Source: Camelus dromedarius
Lineage: Eukaryota
Direction: 5' to 3'
NCBI RefSeq assembly: GCF_036321535.1
Contig: NC_087437.1
Location: 27,406,001 to 27,470,000 of the forward strand
Length of the DNA stretch: 64,000 nt
A model generated the notes under the pieces. The model was not told where the DNA came from, did no database searches, and saw only the letters and a program-made list of their open reading frames with translations. The number at the start of each line of letters is the position of its first letter. Position 1 is the first letter of the stretch. Shown here in pieces: positions 40,471-54,852 of this stretch. The position numbers and the translations under genes are program-made.

Positions 40471-43414
40471 TCTATATATAGTGAGGCTAAAAATGCTGCG
40501 TGAGTTCAGAAAAGAGAGGGTTGGAATACTTAGAGGTCTCATTGGAGGATGCAGGGTGTGAGGGGCAGGATCCCAGGAGTGGGGTTAGGTTGCACCTTTC
40601 TATCCTAAGAAAGAGCTGAAGGTAGGATGAGTGGGTGGGGAGGAGAGGGAGAGGGGCAGGGCCTCTGCTGATCAGGCTTGGAGTCCTGGCAGATTGGGGC
40701 GTGGGGGGCGATGATGAGCTCACGAGGTCCTGCTGTCAGATTTATCTCACTAGCTCATGCCTAATAAATCTGGAGGGGGAGAGAGTGGAGTCGGGGAGGC
40801 TGCGAGGGAGGTGGCTGTAGTAACCAAAGCATGAAGTAAAAAGAGCCCGACTGATCAGGGCTTTAAATAGGGTTGGAGAAGAAGAATTGGCAGTCGGTGA
40901 CAAATTGGTCAAAGGAAATGAAGAAGAGAGGAGTGCAGAAAATGTGTCGGTTTCTTGGACGCTGTTCAGCTGGGATGGTAGTCGGTCCTGTTGCTTGAGC
41001 ATCTCACAGAGACACATTTTTGTGCTCAGCCTTTAGTGATGTGACAGTTATCTAGGATTACTTGATTGCTGGATTGGAATGAATATTCAGACTCCCCTCC
41101 CCACTCACCTCACTCATCTTGTGATTTCTGGCTTGAACTGGTTTACTTGAAGGTCTGACGACTCAGAGGGCTTTGATTGATACCACTGGTCCCCTGCTTT
41201 AAATCTTGCCTTCAATACCTGTTATTCACCTCCTCACGGGCCGTTTTGGGGCTGGTTAATCATTAGAATGGCTTGGAAGGTTGGCTGGGCTCCATGGAGG
41301 AGGTGGGGCTGAGCAAGCCTCCCGAAAATAAAAAGGGTGGAGGCTGAGAGGTGTTAACAGGTTAACTTTCAGATGGCATTTTCGGAGGCGAACTCGCGGA
41401 CATTTGTTCCCTTAGCTCAAAATTGTAGGCTTAGCCTCTCTGTTTCCGAGTAAACAAATGAACAGAATCACCACCACCACCACCAAAAAAGAGAAATCCC
41501 CAATCTCTCCCAGGCAGGAGGAAGGGTGTTCTGCAGGCTTACCTGACATTCTCTGCATCTGGCTCAGCCCCGGCCCCCAGGAACGTCCGCAGTGCCTTTG
41601 GTAGGAGCCGCACAGCGCGTCTTCCTGCAGGCGTGCGCCCCTCGGGGCTCCGGGGCATAGTTAGGTGTGGGGTGGAGGTGAACGCAGGAGCCAGGTTAGC
41701 GGGCAGCATGAGCAGTTCACTGGGCAGTTAGCTTTAGAGGACAGAAACCAAGGCTCACGTTTATTTTTTTCTGCCCTCGGACCACCTAGCACAGTGGGAG
41801 AGATTCAGGACTAAGTCAAAAATACGATTTACAGGAAGATTTTATATTAAGATGCAATTACAGTGCAAGACTTGTGTGGGACAGTGGCTGATCCGAGCAA
41901 CGGGGGCTCCAAAGAGAAAACTGTCTTCTGAGATTGCCTTAAATACAGTTCTGGGCAGGATCAGCTATTGACACCTTAAGTCCCCTTTCCTGCTTTATGT
42001 TTATGCAGATCTAAAAGTTCAAGTATTTTGCTCTGGCAGTTTTCCTACAATTTTTTTTTCCTGAGAGCCACATCCAGGTGTTTGATATCGGAGGGTGTCA
42101 TGCATTTGAATGGGATTTGAATATGAATTAATGGGCTACAATTATTTAGATAAGAGTGGAATAAATGCTAAGTGTATTTGGATATAATTTGAATCAAGGT
42201 CTCTCCCACTTCCAGATGGTGAGGAGGGCCTGTCTCATGGTTAAAGATGAGGGAGGTTCTTAAGGGGAGTTGGGCCCCCCTGAGAGCTGCGTGTGTTTGG
42301 CCCATCATCCTCTGGACATTTCCATCCATCCACTTCATCGGAGAGTTACTGAGTACCCAGACGTGTGTGTGGTGTGGGCATGTATGTGCTGGCTGCACAA
42401 AAGATCGTAATGAAAATGACAGCGCTGACCCCATTTTTGAAGTACTCAGTGTATACCTGTTACCGTGCGGAGTGCCTCACATGTGATTTTCTCTTATTCT
42501 TTACAGCAGGCATGTGAGGTCGTTGGCGGTATCTCCCTTTCACCCAAAAGAAGGGGAGCCAGGATTCCAGTTTCGATGTGTTAGACTCATACTGACCTCC
42601 TCGAGGATCTCACCATCTTGGAGAACACTGGGTCTGTTGGGGTCCCGATTCTCACATGGCCGCTTAACCATTTCACTCTGCAGGCTTCAGCCTCAGTTTC
42701 TCACCCTGTAAGTGGGGACGCATCCTGCCTGAGTTTGGGTCTGCTGAGGACGGGTGTGAGTATGCCGCATGAAGGCCAGGGAGTGGTGTTATGGCCAGGA
42801 TCTCCTTTTCTTCTCTTTGTGCCTGCTGCTCGGTACAGGTGTGGAGATAGGACTGGCTGTTTTGTGTTGAGCTCATATCCTTTGGGTTTTGTCTAGGTCC
42901 CCACTGTTAGTGATTGATGGCCTGCAGGTGTGGTGTGGGTGGAGGGATGAATATTAATAGCCATGTAGACGAGGGTGGATGTGTAAAGAGCTGAGTTTCA
43001 GTTGGAGTCTTGATGCAGATGTGGCTGGTGTTAGAGATGTTGTGGGGGAGCGGGGGGAAATGCTAGGAGAGTTTCCCTGCGTGGCCTGGCCCCTTCCCTT
43101 GGCTCTTTTCAGGAGGCTGGTGGCAGTGTTTTCTCTTACAAGTATTTTGGCTTCCTTGGGGAAACAACTCCCTACCCCCTTTTTTAACTTCAGACAGCTA
43201 TTAAGTGACCCATCAGATCAAACAGAAATCAGTCCCTGTTGCTGTGGTGCAGGGGCTGGGGGTCCCCTTATACAGAGCCGAGTGATGCTGCTTTTTGTCT
43301 GGTCGTAGACTCCTCAGTGATGGTCCTCTTGCTGCTGCCAAATGGCCTGGATCCTGATTTTAGAAAGTAGTCTTGCCGTGACGGGTTGAGCAGAGCTTCC
43401 CCTCGCCTTGCCTC

Positions 43415-43735
43415 TACAGGTATGTTTTAAGGCTGCTTTAACAAAATGCCATAAACTGGTTGACTTAAAACAATGGAGATTTATTCTCCCTCAGTTCTGG
43501 AGGCAGGGCCACCCCTAGATGGTTCTTGAGAAGGAGTGGTCTTTCCTCCTCCAGCTTCTGGTCACCCCAGGCTTTCCTTGGTTTCTGGCAGCATCACTCG
43601 GATCTCTCCTCCATCTTCACCCTCATTCAGTATGACCTTATCTTGATTATATCTGCACAGACCCTATTTTCAAATAAGGTCACAGGTATAGGGGTTAGGA
43701 CTTTGACCTACCTTTTTGGGGTACACGATTCAGTG
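43415..43735 (-). mobile_element. MaLR LTR (MLT1C-like, internally deleted)
   Basis: ggctgctttaacaaaatgccataaactggttgacttaaaacaatggagatttattctccctcagttctggagg...atctgcacagaccctattttcaaataaggtcaca. Confidence 0.8.
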
Positions 43736-44199
43736 CCTGTAGGGCCTGTCTCTAGACCCATCTCCACACATACTTGGCTGGGCTGGTACTGGACCTTGCC
43801 TTCTGGGTCCTGGCTCAAGAGATCCTGGGTCCCCTCCTTTTTGCTCAGGAACTTCAAGCCATCTGCCATCTCCCTCATCTCCTGTTATCTTCAGCTACTT
43901 CCTTCACTGGATCCTTTCTGTGCTATTAAAACTTGACCCCATCTTCCCATTTCTCTCCACATCTTTCTCCAAACCTTCCCCCAAAGGCTCCTGTGTCTCA
44001 CTGTCTCCTTCACCTCCCACTTCTTCCTCTGCTGCTTCAGTCAGGCTCCTGCCCCCGTCATCCCACCGAGCCATCCCCCACTCAGGGTGCCAGTGGCACC
44101 ACATTCCCTGCACTTGCACCTGTTGCCCCCTCCTCTGGTCAAGCAGCATCTTCCCTCAGCTCCCGAGGTAAAGCGCTCCTGGCTTCCTTCCCTGCACCC

Positions 44200-45020
44200 T
44201 GGCCACGCCATCCCAGTCTCTGAAGGCTTTTCTTCCTCTGCCTGGCCATGAAGTCAAATTGGATGTTCCATGGGGTCTGTTGTAGGCCGTTGGCGCTTCT
44301 CACTTACCCTCTCCTCGGGTGAGCTCAGCCCTCCCCCTGCTGACCCCCGGCTCAGTTACCACCTACATGCAGACAGCTCACTACTTGATGACTCCAGCCT
44401 CGACTTTCTCGGCACTCTACACTGTACATCTAAGTGTCTATAAGAAACATCTTGTTTTACCAGCTACCTCAACCTTACATTTAAAACTGAACTTGTGATC
44501 TGTTCCTGTTTCCTCTCCAAAACCCCCAACATTACTGTACCATCTTAAGAGATCTTGCTGTCCCAGAAGTCCAGGGGACATCCTCGATGGCCTCACTCTT
44601 TGTCATCCCATCCAACAGGTCACCAAAAGCCCTGCTGAGTAGCTCCCCTAAATATCCCTCCACGCTTCACCTTCTCTCCACTTCTGTCACCACCGTCTTG
44701 GTCCTAGCTACTGTCATCTGATGTCTCGGCTCCTAAGAGAGCCTCTCACTGGTCCCCATCACTTTGCCTCTGGGCCCCCTATTTGGTCTGACCGGCTCCA
44801 ATCAGATGTCCGCACTGCGGACCTATTCAGGTTGGATGCTGTCGCCCCGCTGCATAAAACCCTCTACTGTTCTTGTAAAGGCTGAAGTCCTTCACTTGGT
44901 CCACAAGACCCTGTGTATTCTACCCACGCACTGCTCATTCTCACCTCACACCTGCCTCCCTTCTGCTCCTGCCAGGACCGTGTTCTTTCATTTTCCCAGC
45001 CTGCAGCTTTTACACATGCT
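44200..45020. mobile_element. L2 LINE fragments
   Basis: Pyrimidine-rich L2-like tracts (ttaccacctacatgcagac...catccaacaggtcacc...). Resumes at ~45590-45820 after an L1 insertion. Confidence 0.6.
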
Positions 45021-45059
45021 CTTCTGGAAGAGAGAGTGTGTTGGGCACACGCGTGCCTG

Positions 45060-45590
45060 GGATTGTTTTTATGTCTTCCTGATGAATTGACCCTTTTGTC
45101 ATTATGATATGCTCCTCTTTATCTTTGCAGTGCTCTTTATCTTGAAGTTTACTTTATCCAATATTAATATAGCCACTCCAGCCCTCTTACGTTCGTCACT
45201 TGCATGCTATATATCACTTTCCATCAATTTACTGTCAACTTATCTGTCTTAAAGTACAGCATTTGGCTGGGGTTTCCTTCCTTATCCAATCTGACAATCC
45301 CTGTCTTTCAATTGGAATCTTAGCCCATTGACATTCAATTAGCATTTAATGTAATTATTGATATGGTCAGATTTATTTACCATTTTACTTTCTTCTGGAT
45401 TATTAAACTATGTTAAGAAAGAATGAATTTATCTAATGACATTTTCATTTACTTCTTCACTTCTTTTATTTAATTTTTTTTTTTTAGTGATTGCTCTAGG
45501 AGTTATAATACACAGCTCTAATTTTTCACAGTGTCTGTAGAGTTAATATTGTATCACTTCATGCAAAATTTCAACCTTGCTGTTGTAAGG
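45060..45590 (-). mobile_element. Ancient L1 ORF2 endonuclease-region fragment nested in L2
   Basis: atgtcttcctgatgaattgaccc...atattaatatagccactccagc...tatccaatctgacaatc. Confidence 0.75.
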
Positions 45591-48500
45591 GTCCTCCTCT
45601 TAACCTAGTTAACTCTTATTTCAGACTCAGGGCTCGGCTCAAAGGCCACTTCTTCAGGGAGTTTTTTCTGACTTCTCAGATTAGGTTAAGCCCCTGTTAC
45701 GTGCGTTCCGAGCAGGCAGTACTCTTCCTTGGGGCATTTGTCACACTTGCAATGTGCTCACTACGGAGTCCCCAGCACTTTGTACAGTGCCGTGTACTTA
45801 GTTGTTTGTTGATTAAATGAAGGGAAGTCCTGAGTTGTGGTTTGAAGATGCAGAAGATTTCATGTGCACTCCAGGGGGTGGGAATGGCCTTGTGTAAGGC
45901 TTAGAGGCTGAAAAGACAATGTATATGGGAAGGAATATAACAGTCAAGTAGATTAAATGAAAGTTAAAATATATATATTAAAAAAAAAAGCTCAACTGCT
46001 TATACTAGTAGCCGCCATTTATAGAGCTCTTGATATGGGGCCAGGCACCGTGCTAAGGCCTGTACGCTTGTCTTATGGAACCTCAGCCCCGCGAGTTATT
46101 TTTGTCACGTGTTGACCGCAGCAGCTGAGGTGCAGAGAGGGCGGTTCCCCTGTTCGCTCTCATAGGTGAGGGCTCTTCGTTCAAACTCAGGTCTCTGCGG
46201 TTCTAACACCCAGAATGGAAGTGAGACTGGGAAGCGGAGCCTGATTGCTCACGGTGTCCGATGCCCGTCCCGGGTAGTTGGGTTTGCGTGACTGGAGTTA
46301 GGGGCAGAGGAGGCCCACAGGTGTTACTGAGGATCTGCAGAGTGCTGTGCTAGGTGCTCCTATTCTTTAACTCCTTCTGGGAAATTAAAAAAAAAAAGCC
46401 TCTGAGGCTCTTGAATTGGGGAGCACAGAAAAGAAAACCTGTTTCAGGAAGATTCATCTGGGGCCAGTGGGCCGGCTGAACTCAGGCGAAGGTCTAGACG
46501 GAGGAGGAGGGTGTGTGAGGGGCCATGGCCTGGGCCTGCTGTGACAGTGGCTGCTGGTTATGTGGCTGTGTAGTTTTAAAAGAAAGAATAGATCTGAGAC
46601 ACATTTTGGGAGAAGTATGGCTGGAACTGGTTAATGATGAGGTGTGAGGAGAGAGAGATTATTCCTTCTTCTCTTTTGTACCTGCTAACTCTGAAGTGTT
46701 GCCTGAAGACTGTTTATTGCCTGTGTCCACAACGGGCATTATCACAGCCTCGCTCCTCTAACAGATTTACAGACGTCCTCAGGGGTCTCAGAGAATGCTT
46801 TTCTGGGAAGGAGGTGGACGGGGCTAGGGAAAATAGTTATATAAAGCTGTTTTTTAAAAAAAATTGTTGCTTTGGCTAAGACCCTAACTAACACAGCCTG
46901 CCTGACTAGTGCCTAGAGGGACGGACGTCTTTCTACTTCTGTGGCACTGTCACCCTGGTGGACGTTTCTGTCCAGTCCATTGACAGTCATTGAGTTAGTT
47001 TGTTAGATGCAAGTAGGTGACTGAGGAAGTCAGGCATCTCTGCATATGTTCTGTACGGTAGGTGAGAAGTCTGGGGGTTAAGTATGTGTGCACATGCGTG
47101 TGTGCACCTGAGTGTGTATTACTTGCTTTTGAGATGGTCACTGAAAGCTGTGCTAACCTATTTTTTTCCTTCGAGTGAGAAGGAACTTAACCCATTTCCA
47201 AACTAGGATCACAATGTTTTCACTTTCCTAATGAAACATTTTATTGAAATTGAAAGATTGCTTTGAAAGTGATCCAAAAAATAACATCATTCTCTGAAGT
47301 TCATGGTAAATGTGCGAGATTGATGAATGCATTTGGAATTCACCCAAAGTTTCGAAGGTCTGATTTTTGTATCAGTATAGAACACGAAAATGCAGAGTGA
47401 ACACTGGTCTTCCACGTGAACATGGGCCAGTTTCTAGGCTTTTGTCTGTCTGCCTCTGAGTACCTGCCTCCCTCAGATTGCTTTAAGGCTTATTATTTCC
47501 GTTGAAGTCAATGACAAGAGGTGGGAGAGTCCTCCTGTGTTGAGGTTACTTTGGGCCTGATTCTGTTTTAAACCTGTTGATCTGGTGGAGCGCTGCCCTA
47601 GACCCCCAGGCGTGGACTGTGAATTCATGTTCTCAGCTAGCGTTGCCCCTTGACTGAGTAGGTGTTTGGTTTCACACATGTGTGTACAGTGTTTTGCCCC
47701 CGGTGCTGTAATGATAAACAAAAACACTTAAAACTCGCTGAATTCATGGCTGGCAGTTTATTTCTCTTTGTTCTCCACATTTTACAATGGGAAAATTTTC
47801 AGCCTTCAGTCAGGAGTTCTTTTTACTGGAAAGCGTTTGGCACTGCTGATCCTGTGCCCAGAGCACAGGCTTCTGAGTAAGACCCTGATTAATGGTTGGG
47901 TGTGTCCCCAAGTTTTGGGGGGTTTTAGTTGTCTCATCTTTGCAAATAGGCAAAGTAGCAGCTGATGGTTCTATTTTTTATAAGACAGGTTGACTAGATG
48001 TAGCAAAACAAGTTTAAATCTCTGTTAGGACCATAGTAAGGATTTTGACGCTTAATCTCTTTTATTTAGAAAAATCTTTGAAGAGGGTCAAGGCTAATGC
48101 AAGAGGAAGCTATTTGTGTCCCCTGGCTTTGGGATTTTCGAAGCTTGCTGTTTTAAAATCTGGACTCTCTCCCTTCTATTTTTGCTTGATTAGCTTTGCC
48201 AAAGGCCTTCAGAGCAAAATGTCATAAGAGTTTGTAGTCTGAGTTCATGTAACACACATCACATCTTGTTCTGAACCCCTCAGTGCTGCCATTAGGTATC
48301 CACGTCCTACTTCATTTTCCCAAATTGGATTCTTCACACATCCTGGGGGCAGAGACTTTTTCCTTTAAAAGGGGTCTGTTGGTGTGTTACTGGAGTTTGA
48401 GAAACACTGTCTAAACAATAGTAAACACTATGGAATCTGAATCTTACTCTTAACTTACTGTTTGGATTCTTGCTATCGACTTTCACTCTTTTCAGAAGCT

Positions 48501-48964
48501 TCATGAAAGTAAACGATCAGCGTGCGTGCGTGTTGTGGTTGTGACGTGCTGGTTCATACCCCCTTTTCACTTAGTTTCTCTGGGAAGGTGACCTAAAGCT
48601 TTGTACGAGTAAGCTCTAGCAGCAGCGCCTTCCAGGCTTCCGTTTTAGCCGTGTGCTTCCTGATGCAGTTGAGTACTCCGTGGCCCCGTGTTCTTTGTGG
48701 GTCTATGAGAAATTAAAGGAGTGAAAGAGAAGCTTCAGGACTTGTTTTCTCCCTCCATCCATGAGTGTGTGTGTGTGGCTTTCTATTTGTACCTTTGGAG
48801 TAGGGGGTGTGGCGGAGAGTTCTGACCAGACTTTCCATCTCGGGGGTCAGCTACTCCTGAGCTAAGACGGAGCATCCAGTTTCCTCCTGGTGGTGAGTGT
48901 AGCACCGAGGCTGGGCCTGGAAGCCCTGGGTTTCTAGAAAGCTATAAACGCCAAATCTTTACGT

Positions 48965-49147
48965 CAGTGGTTCTCAAAGTGTGGTCCCTGGATAAGCGGC
49001 ACTGATCTGGGAAGTTGTTAAAAATTCAGATTCTCAGGCACCGTCCCCACTTACTGAAATGGAAACTCTGGTGGAGGGGCCCTGGCAGTTGGGTTTTAAC
49101 AAGCCCTTCAGGGGATTCTGATGCATGCAGACGTTTGAGAACCACTG
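48965..49147. mobile_element. Full-length MER5A-like element
   Basis: Perfect 14-bp TIRs CAGTGGTTCTCAAA / TTTGAGAACCACTG; 183 bp. Confidence 0.9.
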
Positions 49148-49959
49148 CTCAGGCCAAGGACTTAATTTCCCAGCAGATTTTTTGTATTTCTGTGTGGACC
49201 AGAGCTTCAGGTTATCACTTTCTTGAACCCGGAATAAGACACAAACACCAGTAGTAATACAAATTGCTGGCCATTTTCACATAGTGTGGGGGTTAGGAAC
49301 ATGGATTCTTTGGAGTTCTTTACCACTGTATGACCTTGGGTAAGTTAGTGAACCTCTTTGCTTTATTTCCTCGACTGGGATTTGGAGATAATGACAGTAG
49401 GAGCTAGCCCTACCCCTGTTTCACAGCTGAGGAAACCGAGGCAGGAACAGTTGTAGAGCGGCAGTGCTGTGGCGCCCTGGGGGCAGGTGGGCGTTGGCTG
49501 TCACTGTGATTGCTGCCCTTGGTGGCGGGGCCAGGTGTGCTGGATGTCCTCACTGTAGACCGATGGGCTCAGTGAAGAATTGTCCTGCATCCCACTGGAC
49601 TTTCACATGCGCCACCGAACCTTCATGACTTTTTCTCTCTATCCCAGGTGGGAATCTATTTACTTATGATCCCAAAGTATGCTTGTTGTGTGTGTGACTT
49701 TAGATACACATTTGATACACACTGAGTCTCTAAGGAACAGGACTATTGTGTTTTAATATATTGGGAGAAGGTTTTATTTTGTTAGCGTGAAGTTTCTACC
49801 AAGACTTTTCACCGTTTCAGAAAATTCATGCCATGCTGTTCTTGATAATTTGAAATGGCAAACGGCGCGCCTGTATCAGTCTGCTTTTTTGTAGTGACTG
49901 CATTATGGCGATTCTAGGTCCAGGAATAAACATTTACCAATTTCTTCATGTCTCCTGGG

Positions 49960-50125
49960 GCCCCACTTCTCAAAGCTTAATGAGTCCACGCATCACCCGG
50001 AGAATTTGTGAAGTTGCAGATTGTGATTGAGGAGGGGGGCAGACATTCTGCGTTTCTAACAAGCTCCCAGGTGGCGCAGTGCTGCTGGCCCGTGGACCAC
50101 GATTCCTGAGTAGTGGCGGTCTAGG
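49960..50125. mobile_element. MER5A-like element
   Basis: cttctcaaagcttaatgag...gtttctaacaagctcccaggtg...cgtggaccac. Confidence 0.7.
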
Positions 50126-50444
50126 GTGTGTGCTGGAGGGTTTTCTTTTCAAGTACCTGTTTTGTTATACTTCCACTTTAAAAAAAAATTTAGAGTGAGG
50201 GCATTATATTGATTTTAAAAAAATTGGTGAGTTACTGTCTGTGAATTTCATTTCAGACTTGGAAAAAGGGCATTTAAAAATATTTCCTTTTAGGATGGTG
50301 CCTTGGGCTTGATGGGGTGACAGCCCCTGCTCTGGAAGGTTAAGTAGTTCTAGTGATAAATCCAAACAGAATTAGGGACCCCGATGTCATGGGGCGGTGA
50401 TTAAGAGTGTACTTATTTATGTTAATTGTTCAAAACAGGTTATC

Positions 50445-51215
50445 ATTCACTTTTTATTTCAACAAATTGTTTATTAAATGCCTCTGTCTGCTCTGCCAGG
50501 CACTGCTTTATGTGTTTGGCATGCATCCGTGAACAAATAAATACCCCTGGTCTCACGAACTTTACCTTCTGGTGGGGGGAAACAGACAGGACACGTCGCA
50601 AGTAAATTATGTGGGGTTTTAGGTGAAAAGTGCTATGGATTATTGGAAGGTTAGGAGTGCTCGGGTGAAGGGAATGGGGTGAGCAGTTCCAATTTCAAAT
50701 AGGGTCATCAGTTTTCACATTGAGAACGTGAAACTTGAGCGAAGACTTACAGTGGTCAAGGAGTTGGCCATGTGGAAACCAGGGGAAAGAGCGATCCAGG
50801 CAGAAGGGGCAGACAGTGCAAAGGCCCTGAAGCTGGAGAACGTCCCGCTGGCACGCTGGAGGAACTGCCGGGAGACCACCGTGGCTGGAGGGCTGAGCAA
50901 AGGGGAGTATGGTCAGGGATGAGGTCAGACAGGTGTCAGGGGCCAGGTCACTCAGGGACTTGCAGGACATCATAGGGCCTCTGCTTGTATTCTGAGTTGG
51001 GGAGTTATCACAGGTTTTGAGGAGTGACGTGAACTCAAAGTTTTACTAAGCTCCCTGAGGCAGTGGCTTGAAAGTGGCCTTCAGGGGGCAAAGGTAGAAG
51101 CAAGGAGGAGGCCAGTTAGGAGCCATTGTGGTGTCCGAGCATGAGGTGATGGTGGCCCTAACCTAGGAAGGCAGTCGTGGTGCTGAGAAGTGGCTGGATT
51201 CTGGGTGTATTTTCA
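50445..51215 (-). mobile_element. L2 LINE 3' region
   Basis: cattcac...attcaacaaattgtttattaaatgcc...gccaggcactg (L2 tail), then ccaggcagaaggggcagacagtgcaaaggccctgaag. Confidence 0.8.
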
Positions 51216-53201
51216 TGAAACTTAGAAAACAAGATTGGAAAGTTCTTGGGACCCTAGGCTCCCAGCAGGATCTGTGTGGATCCCAGTTTGTGGAAAATCT
51301 GATGTGGCTGACAGACCTGCAACCATGGCTCCCTTTTCTTTCCTTCTTGGGATTCCATGTGTGTGTGTGTCGGGGCCAGTGGATCGCGGTCAGTCACAGC
51401 AGACCGCTAGCTGAGCTGGGGTTAGTTTAGAGTCGAAAGTGAAGCAGCCCTAAGTGGAACTAACTAGTCCTGAAGGCCTCGCACGTTTCCTCTTGATTCA
51501 GCCAGAATGTCTTTTTAGTAAAGACATATGCTTCTACCCAATTAATGTTTCTTGTAATACTCTGATGGTAAAGCAAAGATAAAAATTCAATTTTCTTGTC
51601 CCATTCCCCTCGTGATCCCATTTGTCCCTCTTCTTCCTGAGACTCTGAGACTATAGGCGTTTTGTTATTAGCACACTTGATTTATTTCAGTTGATTGACA
51701 CCTTCCTGACTTAAAATATGCAATAGGTAGTTTTGCCCTAGATTTCCAAATAATTAATTTGAAAATGTGGGAGCAGTTTGAGATGTCTTCTGATATGTAC
51801 ATGCAACTCATTTTCTGTGCAGATCACGATTCCAGCGACCTTCCGTGCTCAGAGGAGACTTGATTACCATAGTGCTACGTTTTCTGTAGTGGGGTCTTTT
51901 GAGAGCTCGCCAAAGCAGTGGCTTGCCGACGTATTAGGCAGAGCACACACGATTAAGTAAAGTGACATGGCATGACTCCAGAAGACCTCCATTCTCAGCC
52001 AAGGTGACCTTTCAGGTGCTATATGTCATTGATGATTTTGGTCTAAGGCTTCCTGCCTAATCATAGCAGGAATTTTTTTGATCAGTTGATTTTTTTTTCA
52101 TTTTACACTTACAGCAATTACTTATGAAGAATAAGTGTATATCCTCATTCTTGTGCTGTGGCTACCATTACCCCAGCTGTCACTTAAGACCATTTCTTGG
52201 CCTGAAGTGAGGGGAGCAGAAGCTAGCTGCATTTACCCAAACCTTTCCCTTTTATTCTTTCAAGTTTGTATCTTGTATCTTGGGAGCTCCAGTTTAGTTC
52301 TATAACTGAAGGATCTGGGCGGGGCAAGGCTTTTTAAAAAAAATTTTTTTTAATGCCTTGGGCTATTTTTGATATGTTGTGACCTTGGTAAGAAAAGTTT
52401 TCCTTATCTATCCAGTAGGAGATCTTTTAAAAGAGAGTAAAAATTGTGGCTATGTATTTTTAGACCGCATTTTCATGTGGCATTTGTACTCTGGTGCATA
52501 GTGTCATGGAAATTTCTCTTCCTAGTCTAGGATCGAGAGGACAGTATTTCATTGCTGCCTTTCTGCCCAGTTACTGTTCGAACTTAGTGAGCCTCACTCT
52601 TATCTGTAAGGGGCATGAAGACACATGCTGTCTACCTCAGCATTGCTGAAGATGAAGTGAGCCAAGATGTGTGAGAGAACTTGGCAAGCTCTGAACTTCC
52701 TTCAGTTGCAGGCCATGGTGCTGTGTGGTTATCAGAGGCTTGTGCCTGGGGACCCTTCATTTCTCTTTTTAACTCACTGTGGGGTCTTGGGTGAGTTGAG
52801 GGAACCAGTTTTCTTGAACATAAAATAGAGATGTGCTTAGGGGAGGAAGGGGGTGTCAAACTATGGGCTGTCTAGAAATAACTCTAGTTTGCAGAGTCTG
52901 TGACTTTGTTTCTGGGGAGGAGGGGCTTCTCGTTTTTGTTTGTCTCCCCCATCTCCCACTTTATTAGTGAAGAGTTTTCACCTGCAGTCAACAGTTGTTA
53001 ACATTTTGCCACGCTGGCTTTGTCTCTCTGCACGTTTCATATATTGAGTTTTTAAACCTCTACTTCTGCTTTCCTTGGTGTGCGTTCAACAGTTCTCTTC
53101 TACAGAGTATAGCAGCAGAGTTTGCCATTCCTCAGGCTGAGGCATGCTGGCTTCAGTTGGAGCTTTTATATCCTAACTAATCAGTACCTTTTCTCCAACA
53201 G

Positions 53202-53306
53202 GATGAACTTACTGCTGTGAATGTAAAACAAGGCTTCAACAATCAGCCAGCCTTTACTGGAGATGAACATGGCTCGGCTAGAAATATTGTAATTAACCCA
53301 TCCAAG
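53202..53306 (+). CDS. MED12L: MED12L coding exon 2 (aa 34-68; CDK8/CDK19 activation-helix region)
   Basis: [35 protein letters not shown]; acceptor ttttctccaacag|, branch-like ctaac/ctaat at 53173-53181, donor AAG|GTAATG; 105 nt, phase 0-0. L36/Q43/G44 correspond to the MED12 exon-2 hotspot residues. Confidence 0.98.
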
Positions 53307-53875
53307 GTAATGCTAAGTGTTTCCTAAAACTTCTGAAAAAGTACAAGTATGTGAGGCTCTTGGTAGCTGATGTTGATAAATTAGTGTTATTTAAACCAGA
53401 GTCCATTTTCGAACCCCACTCCACAACCCCTTGCTGCTGTCCTGCCCCAGCGCCCAGTCAGGAGGCACGCCTGCTTTGGCCGCCCTGTCTGCGTCGTGTG
53501 TTTTAGCCAGTTCAGTGCTGCTCTCCAGGGTCCCTCATTTAGTTATTGTTGGGTTGTTTCTTTTTTTGGGGAACCTCATGACTGCCATTTTAGTCCATTT
53601 ATTTGTCTTAGAGTCTAGTCCTGTACTTTAGACTTGTCTGATTGTTTCCTCAAGGCAGGATTCAGGTGAAATATTTTTGGTGAGAAGACTTCATTGCATA
53701 TCAGGAGACATGCAATGTTAGTTTGCTTGATTATTGGTTTTACTAAGTTTGATCCCTCAAGGTGGTGTCTGCCATCTCTTTAAACTGCAAAAGTACTCAT
53801 CTTTTCCTCATAGTAATCTCTCCAGGGTGATACCTTGAGACCATATGAATACCCTATTCTGCAATAAAAAAAATT

Positions 53876-54005
53876 GGGGGGGGGCTGTAGGGGAGGTAAT
53901 TAGGCTTATTTATGGATTAATTTTTTTTTTAAGTGGAGGCACTGGGGATTGAACCTTGTGCATGCTAAGCACAAACTCTACCACTGAGCTATTATACCCT
54001 CCCCC
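53876..54005 (-). mobile_element. tRNA-Ala-derived SINE (camelid Vic-1-like)
   Basis: Same family as 23829-23954; flanked by caataaaa direct repeats. Confidence 0.85.
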
Positions 54006-54852
54006 TCCAATAAAATTTTATCCTATGTTTTTAGCATCAATTGATGATTCCTCCTGAATGATTTATTTTGCCTGTGGTTATAAAATGCTGGTTTGGTAGT
54101 TACTATTCCTCATACATTTATTAATTGGCCTTCTTTTGTAAAGGACATCCCATTTTTCAGTATCACTTTGAACCCCTGAACTCTTCTAAAGATCTGTTGC
54201 ATTATCTTCTGTTTTCCTTTTGATGCTCACATTTGGCCAGTGGGAGTATTTTAACCGGTTCTTGGGTCCTTTTGACATCTCCACCATTCTTTGAGCACTT
54301 CCTCACTTTTGACACAATAACACAGTCCAGGGCCATCTTGTTCTTTTTCTGCCCCAGTCCAGATCTGGATGCCTGGCTTGCTCATGGCTACCAGAGGGTC
54401 GTAACTTCTAGGCCCTGTCAGTGGACAGAGATGGGAAACATACTTAGGTTTTTTTTCTTTTTATTTTCTTCTTTCCTTTCATCCTTCCACCCACCCATCC
54501 ATCAGTTTTAACTCAGTACCGCAGGGTTTTTTCCTTTTTTCTTTTCCATCATTGTATCTCCGTCCAGAGTGAGAACCGTAGATCCCAGCAATATCAACAT
54601 ATTTATTCATTTACTCTGCATTTACAATTGCATCGAAAGTTCCAGAATAAACTAAACCAGTATCATTCTAACAACAAAATTACTATGTAAAATTTACAAT
54701 TGTCCTACCATACTTTCTGTCTTTAGTAGTCAGTGTTGTGTAAAAAAAAAAAAATTAAGTCTTTTTTCTGTGTGGTTATGTTAACAATTATATATATATG
54801 TACACACAAACACACACATATAAAGTATCTGTTCCTATTTGTATTGTTTTAA

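Noticed and set aside
37872..51251. Shared 17-mer ttggaaagttcttggga at two sites
   Set aside because: Within chance expectation for a 64-kb window, with no extended similarity.
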